A stretch of DNA of 40,679 nucleotides from Bdellovibrionota bacterium (GTDB taxonomy: Bacteria > Bdellovibrionota_C > UBA2361): NCBI GenBank assembly GCA_044352465.1, contig JBILDU010000013.1:1-40679 (forward strand). Direction: 5' to 3'. Within the stretch, counting starts at the first letter, position 1, and each line of letters starts with the position of its first letter. Under the pieces are notes generated by a model. It did not search any database and was not told the DNA's origin. It worked only from the letters and a program-made list of their open reading frames with translations. Below, piece after piece: positions 19,309-27,705 of this stretch. A program made the translations under genes and the position numbers.

Positions 19309-20004
19309 ATGCCGTTGCAGGTTCTCATCATCGACGACGATCTCTCTTTTAAGCGCCTCCTAGAGTTGCGCCTCAAGTCTTTTATTCCCGAGCTCTCCGT
19401 CACTCACTTTCCAGCGCTCACCCCCGCGCGGACGTTTCTCGATGGGGAGCATCCCCACTTCGACCTCGTGATTCTCGACGAACACCTCCCTGATGGGCGG
19501 GGGGTTGAACTCCTTAACGAAGGACGGTTCAAAGACATCGCGGTGCTCTCGGTGAGTTCTGACGACGATCCTGCTATCCCAGGTGCCTCAATGCAAGCGG
19601 GGGCCGCTTACTTCCTCTCTAAGGTTTCGGTCACCGAGCCGCTTTTTAAGCCGCTCGTTAAAGGCATCATCGACCGGAATCAGATTCAACGGCAACTCGC
19701 CGAGGCCCGCATAAAGGCAGCGATTAACGACACCGTGAAGACACTCGTCGCAACGCTTCGCCACGAGATAAACAATCCACTCGGGGCAGTGCTCGGTGCC
19801 ACCTACCTTCTGCGTAACCTCCCCGTCGGCTCAACGGAGCAACGTGACGCTGCCGATCTGGTTGAGGCGAGCGGCAAACGGATTAAGCATGTCCTCGATC
19901 AACTTTGTACCGCAGTGGAAGTTGAGCCGGTGATCAAGGCAGCTCATAAGGTCTTTCATATCCCCGGCGACTCTCGATGGGACGAGCCAGAGGGGAAGAA
20001 ATAG
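19309..20004 (+). CDS. Receiver domain fused to HisKA dimerisation domain, no ATPase domain
   Basis: VLIIDDD, VILDEHLPDG, LRHEINNPL; protein ends about 75 aa later with no N or G boxes. Confidence 0.85.
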   Translation: MPLQVLIIDDDLSFKRLLELRLKSFIPELSVTHFPALTPARTFLDGEHPHFDLVILDEHLPDGRGVELLNEGRFKDIAVLSVSSDDDPAIPGASMQAGAAYFLSKVSVTEPLFKPLVKGIIDRNQIQRQLAEARIKAAINDTVKTLVATLRHEINNPLGAVLGATYLLRNLPVGSTEQRDAADLVEASGKRIKHVLDQLCTAVEVEPVIKAAHKVFHIPGDSRWDEPEGKK

Positions 20005-20026
20005 TTTTTAACCTCGGAGACACAGT

Positions 20027-20578
20027 ATGGAGATCGGCAAAAAAGCCCCTCATTTCTCACTCAAGGACAAGGACGGCATCGCTCACTCCCTGAGCGAGAT
20101 GACAACGCCGAACATCTGCCTCTTTTTCTACCCGAAAGACAACACACCGGGATGCACCTTAGAGGCGAAACAGTTTACCGCCCATCTCTCCAAATTTAAA
20201 AAACACGGCTGCGTCGTCGTGGGCATCTCGGGTGGCGATGAGAAATCGAAACGCAAGTTCTGCGAGAACAACGCGCTCGATGTCATCCTGCTGAGCGATC
20301 CCGACTTCAAGATATCCAAGGCCTACAAGACTTTTGGCGAAAAGAAGTTCATGGGTCGAACTTACAACGGAATATTTCGGAAGACGTTCGTCATCGGAGC
20401 AGATCGCACGGTCATCAAGGTGTTCGAAGACGTGAAGCCGGAGGGCCACGCAGCGGAGGTGTTAGAATTCCTCGCCACTGCCTCTCAGAAACCCTCAAGC
20501 AAAAAAACTCCGGCCAAAGCCGCGGCGAAGAAGCCGGGTCGAAGCGCGCCAAAGAAAAGCCCGAAGAAACGGGCCTAA
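20027..20578 (+). CDS. bcp: Peroxiredoxin Bcp/PrxQ with Lys/Ala/Pro-rich tail
   Basis: FFYPKDNTPGCTLEA, GIFRKTFVI, VKPEGHA. Confidence 0.93.
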   Translation: MEIGKKAPHFSLKDKDGIAHSLSEMTTPNICLFFYPKDNTPGCTLEAKQFTAHLSKFKKHGCVVVGISGGDEKSKRKFCENNALDVILLSDPDFKISKAYKTFGEKKFMGRTYNGIFRKTFVIGADRTVIKVFEDVKPEGHAAEVLEFLATASQKPSSKKTPAKAAAKKPGRSAPKKSPKKRA

Positions 20579-20721
20579 ACACACCGGAGATCTCGGCGTC
20601 GAGTATAATGTTGCGACGAATTGTGGGGCGCAGTCGGATGTGCGCTTACCCGCGCTCCCAAATGAACGCCAGAGCAAGAGAGTTTTGAAAGTAGCGGCGC
20701 TTACCGTAAAAACCCATTAAA

Positions 20722-20755
20722 AACAAAGAAGGCCCCGCATGGGGCCTTCTTTGTT
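20722..20755. terminator. Bidirectional intrinsic terminator between convergent bcp and RRM-bS18
   Basis: AACAAAGAAGGCCCC-GCAT-GGGGCCTTCTTTGTT, perfect 15-bp inverted repeat with A/T flanks. Confidence 0.88.
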
Positions 20756-20794
20756 GCACGGCACGTTTCTACGGTGCGCCAGCTGCGTCCAACG

Positions 20795-20827
20795 CCGCCG
20801 AATTACACCGCCGAATTACACCGCCGA
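20795..20827 (+). repeat. 13-bp tandem repeat (CCGCCGAATTACA x2.5) spanning the stop codon of the RRM-bS18 gene
   Basis: Read directly: units at 20795, 20808 and partial 20821. Confidence 0.9.
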
Positions 20828-21367
20828 GAACGGGAGGAGTCCCAGATTCTGCGCGCGCTTGATCGCCTTCGAGAGCTTGCGCTGATTGTAAGCGCTCAAG
20901 CCGGTGAGACGGCGCGACAAGATCTTGCCCCGCTCACTCAGGAAACGGCTCAACATGGCCACATCCTTGTAGTCAACGGTCTTGGTCGGGTCTTCCATAA
21001 ATGGATCGACCTTCTTCCGACGCTTGAAGAGTTGCATCCGCTGAATCGGAGGCAAGAACTCACGGGGCCGACGACCGAATCCACCCTCATCACCCTCGCC
21101 ACCACCAGCTCCACCGCCGGTCTTGCCGCGATCCTCAACCACCTTCATCGGGCGGCCGTTGATCACTTTGTTGTTGAGAAGCTCGATAGCCTTCTTCGCA
21201 TCCTCTTCGGCGTCCATCTCGATGAAGGCGAATCCCTTCGAGCGCCGCGTCTCGCGATCGGTCGCTATAACCACACTCATAGTGGAGCCGAGCTCGGCGA
21301 ACATATCGCGGAGTTGATCGGTGGTGATTTCAAAATCGAGGTTGCTGACAAAAAGCTTTTTACCCAT
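20816..21367 (-). CDS. rpsR: RRM RNA-binding domain fused to 30S ribosomal protein bS18
   Basis: RNP2 LFVSNL, RNP1 KGFAFIEM, Gly-rich linker, then bS18 signature [26 protein letters not shown]...[19 protein letters not shown]. Confidence 0.92.
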   Translation of the reverse strand: MGKKLFVSNLDFEITTDQLRDMFAELGSTMSVVIATDRETRRSKGFAFIEMDAEEDAKKAIELLNNKVINGRPMKVVEDRGKTGGGAGGGEGDEGGFGRRPREFLPPIQRMQLFKRRKKVDPFMEDPTKTVDYKDVAMLSRFLSERGKILSRRLTGLSAYNQRKLSKAIKRAQNLGLLPFSAV

Positions 21368-21452
21368 AAGTTCCGTACTTTACCGGTTAGTGCCTACCTG
21401 ACGAACACGAGCGCCATTGGCACGACCCCCGTCAATCATCGCTAGGCGGGGA

Positions 21453-21481
21453 AGAGTAGTTAAACGCCCAGGAAAAGTCAA
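21453..21481 (-). promoter_or_regulatory. Putative sigma-70 promoter for RRM-bS18
   Basis: Minus strand TTGACT-N17-TACTCT, about 85 nt upstream of the ATG. Confidence 0.55.
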
Positions 21482-22337
21482 ACTTACCGGCGCAATCCGC
21501 GTGCACCGGAGCAACCGTCGACGCGCAGCCTAAAGAGCGCAAAGATAGGCCAACGCCCCTCCAGACGGGCCAAGAGGGGCGCCTCAAAAGAGGTATTTAA
21601 ACCGTTGTTTTCAGTAAATTTACCAAGGGGGGAACGAAATCCAAGGCCGAGGGTCCCCTTCCCTCAGGGCTCAACCCGCCGCACAAATTCTCCCCACAGA
21701 TCGAAAGACAGCCTAACACTACGAAAACACCCGACATCCACAGCGCCATCAACTCTGACAAGGTTGCTAATTGTAGCATCGCAAGCCTCGTTGATACGGA
21801 CACCGCCCACTCAGACGTATTTTGTTTGGTCGCCCCATTAATTCAAGCTTGACGGTAAAACTTTAAGTAAGTAAAAACTTTAGGTGGGTTAAAGCACGGC
21901 GCTTTTTCATCAGCGATTCTTGGTGTTTGAAGGGTAAGTAAGCTTTAATTTGTGGGGATAATGTGCCCCCATTTCAGGCGCCCAGATTCGGGAAAGAACC
22001 CCGAATGTTGGCGTCGCAGGAATCCTAAGCGACTGAACTTACACAAGATGGCTTAGAGTCGAGAAGAAAAGCGGCCCCTAACGAGTACGTGAGAACGGAT
22101 GCGGAAAGGGGTCGGGTAACGCCGTCGCGAATAACCCATCGCCCCGCGGAGAGCAGAGGCATGCCGAGTGGCGAAGCTCAGACTGGAGAAGCGTGGAGCG
22201 TTAGCGAGACTCACCGAAGGCGACTAACACTTCCCCGTTTAGAGACTGAGTTATTGAAAGCCCTGATTTAAAAACCCAACCGTTTAAAGAGGCGACTGAG
22301 CAGACCCAGCCGCCCATCTTTTTAAAGGCCCGAACGT

Positions 22338-22664
22338 ATGAGCAACGCGAACGCACTGACGAGATTTTCGCCGGAACGTGAGGAGGACGCTGAGTCGTAC
22401 TCCCCGGTTAAACCCGAGCGCAACCTTCTCGCTGCCGTTCTTGCCCGCGCCATATGCGATGCTTTTGGAACCGCCCATTGCGAGCGTCACGTCGTTCGCA
22501 GTGCACGCCAATGGCTTTTCGGAAAACTCACCCCGAAGCGTCCCTTTAGTTTTGCCTGGGTGGCTCTCCACCTCGATCTGGAGCCACTCTCATTACAAGA
22601 CAGCCTCCGCGGGTATGAGAATAACCCGGAGCAGATCCAAGAGCGCCTGACCCTCTTGCGCTAA
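22338..22664 (+). CDS. Hypothetical protein (108 aa, helical)
   Basis: PERNLLAAVLARAICD...ARQWLF...PFSFAWVALHLDL resembles a recurrent uncharacterised small-protein pattern; clean ATG to TAA. Confidence 0.7.
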   Translation: MSNANALTRFSPEREEDAESYSPVKPERNLLAAVLARAICDAFGTAHCERHVVRSARQWLFGKLTPKRPFSFAWVALHLDLEPLSLQDSLRGYENNPEQIQERLTLLR

Positions 22665-22832
22665 CGCGGCGCTGTATCGCGCTGGCGCGGTGTTCATTCT
22701 GCGCTGGCGCGGTGTTCATTCTGCGCTGGCGCGGTGTTCATTCTGCGCTGGCGCGGTGTTCATTCTGCGCTGGCGCGGTTCCTATCCAGCGCTGGTGCTG
22801 TGTTTATCTCGCGCGGGCGCGTTGTTTTGGCT
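22658..22832 (+). repeat. 22-bp tandem repeat (VNTR) GCGCTGGCGCGGTGTTCATTCT
   Basis: Four perfect units at 22679, 22701, 22723 and 22745; degenerate units at about 22658, 22767, 22789 and 22811; no spacers. Confidence 0.92.
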
Positions 22833-22906
22833 AGCGCCCACGGCTGACTGGCGCGGTAGCTCCCAGAGCTTTTTAACCAGATCCTATCCGATACGGAGAA
22901 GGCGCG

Positions 22907-23683
22907 CTAAAACTGCGCCGGCCGCTTCTCTATTGCGGCTCGGACGCCCTCTTTAAACTCGGGGCTGTTGTAGTTAACACTCTGGGCGAGCGCCTCACGC
23001 TCAAGATGCTGCTCAAGCTCAGCAAAGCCTCCACGCACCGTTTCGAGGACCTGTCGCACCGACTCCGGTCCACAAGCACCGATCTCACCAGCGATGCGCT
23101 CGGCCTCCCCGATGGTTGCATCTGGAGAAACCACCGAGCTCACCAGACCAATCGCGCGGGCCTGCTCCGCATCGATAAGTCGGCCCGTCAACAGGAGCTC
23201 AGTCGCCGCGGCACGACCGATAACGCGGGGCAGAAAATACGTTGCGCCCATCCCTGGGTGTAAACCGAGGCGGGTGAAGGTAAATCCAAGCTTTGCCTTG
23301 TCGCTTCCCACACGGATGTCACACGCACTCGCCAAACACAGTCCGGCACCAACAGCGTGGCCGTTTATCGCCGCGATGAGCGGAACACCAAGCTTTAAAA
23401 TACCGAGAAAAGAGTGATAGAACTCGAGCATCTTGAGTCGATTCTCCTCCCCCGAGAGTCGCGACTTCGCCTCAAGCATGTCGAGATTACCCCCTGCCGA
23501 GAATGCCCTGCCCGCTCCCGTAAGAATGATCGCCCGCAGCTTACGCGACTCCCCTTGGAGCTGTGCGACGAGGGCACGGAACTCAGCCGCCATGTCCTCC
23601 CCCATCGCGTTCAGATTATCCGGGTCGTTGAGGGTAATCTTGCCGATATTCTTTGGTAAAATCTCAAAAAGTACCCGCGCCAT
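22907..23683 (-). CDS. Enoyl-CoA hydratase/isomerase family protein
   Basis: AFSAGGNL, AAINGHAVGAG, GLHPGMGATYFL; ATG 23683 with GGAGGGG RBS. Confidence 0.92.
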   Translation of the reverse strand: MARVLFEILPKNIGKITLNDPDNLNAMGEDMAAEFRALVAQLQGESRKLRAIILTGAGRAFSAGGNLDMLEAKSRLSGEENRLKMLEFYHSFLGILKLGVPLIAAINGHAVGAGLCLASACDIRVGSDKAKLGFTFTRLGLHPGMGATYFLPRVIGRAAATELLLTGRLIDAEQARAIGLVSSVVSPDATIGEAERIAGEIGACGPESVRQVLETVRGGFAELEQHLEREALAQSVNYNSPEFKEGVRAAIEKRPAQF

Positions 23684-23785
23684 TTTCACTCCCCTCCGCT
23701 GCGACACATTCAATGCGGCCGACAGCCGACCACTCCTTCTCGGTACCACGTTTCCGCTCCGGTGGCGAGTCGCATGACCGCGTGG

Positions 23786-25528
23786 TTACCCTCGAGCTTC
23801 CCGTCGACGGAACTCCTCCCGTAACGCTGGAGCGAGCTGGCGGATCCCCGCGAGGAACATTCGACGAACATCCTCCACCCCATATTTGGCAACCGGAGTC
23901 GGCCCCGACTTCGCGAGATGTTCCGCGGTAATCTCAAAACTGTTGTGCTGTCCAAAGAGACGATCACGGACTACAAAGGTGCTCCCCGGCGCGAGTCCAC
24001 AAGTGTCGGCAAGCTGCTGCAAGCCCCCCTCGCCTATCTCCACGATCATCAAGACCGCTGCCCCAAGCATGACGGCGTTCCCCCGCTCCGACTTGGCACT
24101 CCCCCCGGGATACTTGTCGCTCCATATATCTCTCACTACCTGCTCAGCCTGGGGAAATCCTCTCCGCACGAGAGTGTCGGAACGAACACCCGGGCGAAAG
24201 GAATCGATGATGAAGTAGTCGGTAAGAAGCGCTATTGAGGCGAGCTCCACCTGGGAGATCCTCTGACGGGTGAGCGAGAGGCTCTCTGCGATCGCAGCTA
24301 GAGTCTGCCTCTCCGAACCGCCACTCTTTCTTTGAACGTTCGCAAAGCGCAGCTCAAGGATCGCGCGAGTCTTCACGTCGAATAATCGATCGAGCGCTCG
24401 CATAACCCTGGCGCGCTCCTCCTCCACTATGACCTGCTCAGTTGCCGACTCAGATCGATCCGGCACGCTCTCGAAGGGATCCTTCTCAGGAAGCTCCGTC
24501 TGCTCACGCGTCGATTCAAGCTTTGCCCGTCGCGCCAGACGTAGCGCCTCACGATCCCCATCAGACAAGGACATCCTTGCATGGACAGCATCAATATGCG
24601 GCTCCATCCCCAGCTCCTGAGTCAGCGCCTCCCGCGCTCGTCGCTCGCGAGCCATCATATTTTTTACGTGAACGGGGATCTCAATGGTATCTTGCCCCTC
24701 AGTGCCGCGGCCGATCGCTTGCCTGATCCAGTGCATCGCGTAGGTCGAGAAGCGAAAGCCCTTCTCCGGTTGGAAGCGCTCAATCGCTGCCATGAGTCCT
24801 AAAACACCCTCTTGAAAAAGATCGAGGCTTCCCGGCGCTTCAAGTGCCTGGGGATCAAAACGGCCCTTAAAATTCGCCACAGCACGGGCGACTAGCCGCA
24901 GATTCGACTCCACCATCAGCTGTTTCCGCGGCGCAGTAGTTTGATCTATCTCTTCGATCCGACGGGCACTCTGAACGAGAGCCTCAAACGGTCTCAGCGC
25001 TAGCTGCTCGTAACCCACTACCTGCTCGGCGCGTTTCTCGGGGGGCTCCCGGCGATCTATCCACAGGACACCCCGACAGATCTCACGAACCTGTCCCTCG
25101 ATCGTCATGATCTCGGCGTACGGCCGATCGGAGAGCTCGAATAATTCATCGAAAGCTTTGAGAACGAGCTGGGCGTTCAGTTTCATCTTTTGAGAGTACC
25201 GCGCCTCCCACTCGGGCTCACCCCGATGCGCCCACAGGGCCGTCGTCTCGTTACAGGCGATCTCCAAATCTTGCTGCACCGAGAAATCACCTTTGGGGGG
25301 GGAAAGACGCCGCAGGGAGGAGAGCACGCCGGGGAATTCAGCGACCACCGCCCGCACCGCCAACATTCCGTGGCGGATCGCCAGCAGGTGCTCCTGCTGG
25401 ATCTCCGCTGCGAGCGGATTGGTCTCGCACACGCTCCGAATGACGGCCCCCTCGCGGAACTCCGCCGCCGCAAGGTCAACCTTCGAAGAATTGCTATTTA
25501 TTTTTTTCGCAGGGTCGTGAGATGTCAT
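23786..25528 (-). CDS. Atypical sigma-70 family factor with C-terminal extension (paralog B)
   Basis: ESNLRLV, DLFQEGVLGLMAAIERF, FRFSTYAMHWIRQAI, TIEIPVH, TLAAIAESLSLTRQRISQVE. Confidence 0.88.
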   Translation of the reverse strand: MTSHDPAKKINSNSSKVDLAAAEFREGAVIRSVCETNPLAAEIQQEHLLAIRHGMLAVRAVVAEFPGVLSSLRRLSPPKGDFSVQQDLEIACNETTALWAHRGEPEWEARYSQKMKLNAQLVLKAFDELFELSDRPYAEIMTIEGQVREICRGVLWIDRREPPEKRAEQVVGYEQLALRPFEALVQSARRIEEIDQTTAPRKQLMVESNLRLVARAVANFKGRFDPQALEAPGSLDLFQEGVLGLMAAIERFQPEKGFRFSTYAMHWIRQAIGRGTEGQDTIEIPVHVKNMMARERRAREALTQELGMEPHIDAVHARMSLSDGDREALRLARRAKLESTREQTELPEKDPFESVPDRSESATEQVIVEEERARVMRALDRLFDVKTRAILELRFANVQRKSGGSERQTLAAIAESLSLTRQRISQVELASIALLTDYFIIDSFRPGVRSDTLVRRGFPQAEQVVRDIWSDKYPGGSAKSERGNAVMLGAAVLMIVEIGEGGLQQLADTCGLAPGSTFVVRDRLFGQHNSFEITAEHLAKSGPTPVAKYGVEDVRRMFLAGIRQLAPALREEFRRREARG

Positions 25529-25618
25529 ACCAAGAAAGAACTCCTCTGGTTCTCCAAATTCACCCGAGAGCCAGAGGGGGAGAGCCCCTGGATACTCGAT
25601 TCCGGGAAACTCTGACCC

Positions 25619-27484
25619 TCACGCCGGAGAATTATTTTGGCGCCAACGCGCCCGCGCGAGCCGGCAAAGCTTCTCACTCGCCGAACGATAGAGGCGCTGC
25701 ACCCGCCGATCATCCACATACTCGATTTCGGCCCACCCGTCGAGCTTCTGGGCAGACTCAACACCGCCTGCCACGCCCCCGCCTCGCGAGGATTTGCGGC
25801 GCTGCTCCTCAAGGCGCCCCTCTAAAATGAGACTGGCGATCTGATACCATGAATGATCGACACCGAAGAGACGCGTCAAAAAAACCGTCTGCTCCTCAGG
25901 ATGAAGCGCGAGTCGTGGACTCGAATGAGCGCTGGCACCCGCCAGCAGAGCGGTGGCACGAACCTCTCCCGCATCAACAAAGACGAGCGCAGTCGCTAAA
26001 GTGTTTAACATCCGCTGTTGTTGACGACCGGAGACGGGGCGCCCCTGCTCGTCGACAAATTCCCCCTGCGAAATTGGGATGTGGTCATCATCAAAGAGAT
26101 TACCGACCACCGCTCGACCGATCGGTGTTAAGACACGACTCGCCACTGCGTGACGGTGACACTCCGTGGCACTCCGAACTATCAGAAAATCGGTCATGAC
26201 ACCCAGCGCCTCAACCTCCAACTGTCTGACCCGCTCGCGAGTAAGCCCCAAACCGGCTGCGATATCCTCGAGCCGTCGACGTTCTCGACCAAATCGCTCC
26301 CGCACCACCGTCAACGATGGGGTATCATCATCGAAGACCCGCGTGATCATCGCCTCCACGTCACTCCGCTCAACCGGGTGTCGTGCTCCATGGAGACGCG
26401 CATCCTCAATTTCGAGGCCCAAGACACCCTGGTCGGTCCCGGAAGGAGCAGCAGATATCGATATAACGCGTGGCTGCGCGCGCCATACCCGCGGTAAAAT
26501 AAGCTCCTCAACCACTGCGGCCTCCTCCTCCGTCGCGGGGCGTCCGAGTTGAGTCCCTAGCTTTTCGCGTGTTTGGCTGAAGCTCCGTGCCATAGCAACT
26601 TCACGCGGCGGTACTCGTACCAGCGGACTTTCGAGGTTTAACCGACGCATTCCTTGCAAAATCCACGGCACCGCGTAGGTGGCCAGCGATGCGTTAGCGC
26701 TCGGATCAAATCGCTTCAGAGCTTGAATAAGACCGATGGTGCCCCGCTGGAAGCGGTCATCAACCGAGACGGGTCGATTGCGCGGTGGCGAAACCTTCGT
26801 CGCTAAAGCCGCAACCAAGCGCAGATTCGAGCGAACCATCAGCTCAAACGATTCCTCAGCCGCTTTCTCAAAGAGTTGGATTCGGTGAAGGCTTTGTTTC
26901 AAAAGTGTCAGGGGAAGTTTCGTACGAGCCTCAAGGCCCGCAATCGCTTCATGCATTCCACCATCGGCGGTCGCGGTGCTCTCAATCTCGGCTAATCGAC
27001 GGCCGACACCTTGAATCTGCTCCTCAAGCTTCAGCACAAAGCTGTGATGGGTCGCAACGAACTCCGGCAGATGTTTGAATATCTCTTTAACGAGGCTCTT
27101 GTTTCGCTCTAATTGCTCAGCATAGCCCCGTTCCCACTCAGCACCGCGCGGTCCGCGCCATAATGAATCGGTCCGAGCTAACACCGTGGTGACCTGATCG
27201 CAGTAGGCCTGCCTGCCGCGCCGCTCAAGGAGACGGGCTACCGCCTCAAGGGCAAGCGGGTGGCCCGCGATCTCGTCAACGATTCCGGAACGGGCGTGGT
27301 GGACAGTCACTAAATGCCGTCGTTGCTCCTCAGGGGGCAACGGTGGCGTCCCACACGTCCCAAGGAATGTCGGTCGATCCAACAATGCGATGCTCTGTCC
27401 ACCACCTTGTAGCCGACGACTAGCGACAGTCTCTTGATGAACAGGTTTCACCTCACTACTCTGAGCGCTCCCAAGTTTCCCCAT
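25619..27484 (-). CDS. Atypical sigma-70 family factor with C-terminal extension (paralog A)
   Basis: RSNLRLV, DRFQRGTIGLIQALKRFDP, LATYAVPWILQGM, LEDIAAGLGLTRERVRQLE; ATG 27484 with GGAG RBS (ORF extends to 27604). Confidence 0.88.
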   Translation of the reverse strand: MGKLGSAQSSEVKPVHQETVASRRLQGGGQSIALLDRPTFLGTCGTPPLPPEEQRRHLVTVHHARSGIVDEIAGHPLALEAVARLLERRGRQAYCDQVTTVLARTDSLWRGPRGAEWERGYAEQLERNKSLVKEIFKHLPEFVATHHSFVLKLEEQIQGVGRRLAEIESTATADGGMHEAIAGLEARTKLPLTLLKQSLHRIQLFEKAAEESFELMVRSNLRLVAALATKVSPPRNRPVSVDDRFQRGTIGLIQALKRFDPSANASLATYAVPWILQGMRRLNLESPLVRVPPREVAMARSFSQTREKLGTQLGRPATEEEAAVVEELILPRVWRAQPRVISISAAPSGTDQGVLGLEIEDARLHGARHPVERSDVEAMITRVFDDDTPSLTVVRERFGRERRRLEDIAAGLGLTRERVRQLEVEALGVMTDFLIVRSATECHRHAVASRVLTPIGRAVVGNLFDDDHIPISQGEFVDEQGRPVSGRQQQRMLNTLATALVFVDAGEVRATALLAGASAHSSPRLALHPEEQTVFLTRLFGVDHSWYQIASLILEGRLEEQRRKSSRGGGVAGGVESAQKLDGWAEIEYVDDRRVQRLYRSASEKLCRLARARWRQNNSPA

Positions 27485-27705
27485 ACCTTGCTCCCCATCC
27501 CCCAGCTCAATACCGACTGAGCGGTACAAACCATGAAATATTATCACGGCGTCGATTCCTAAGTTTGCTCGTGAGTGGAGGAGCACCCATGGCAACTCAT
27601 TCAATCTTTACAGTGACTTAGAGGTCTCCAGCTGCCGTCCCCGCGATTGCGGGGGCACCGCACAGCCGTGCCACCGGGGCGACCCGAAGCTTTGTGTCCA
27701 AGCGC

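Noticed and set aside
20774..21445. 223-aa + strand ORF
   Set aside because: Antisense shadow of RRM-bS18
17245..21600. Shared 13-mer AAGAGGTATTTAA in two intergenic regions and recurring CGTTTAA
   Set aside because: Too few occurrences at inconsistent spacing; compatible with chance
21680..21965. DnaA-box-like words suggesting oriC
   Set aside because: No exact TTATCCACA, few matches, no dnaA/dnaN/gidA context
22100..22240. Glycine riboswitch or RNase P-like fragments (GGAGAG, CACCGAAGG, GGTAACGCC)
   Set aside because: Missing CTCAGG and GAGGAAAGTCC cores; downstream gene unrelated
22658..22832. CRISPR array
   Set aside because: Units are contiguous with no spacers; no cas genes
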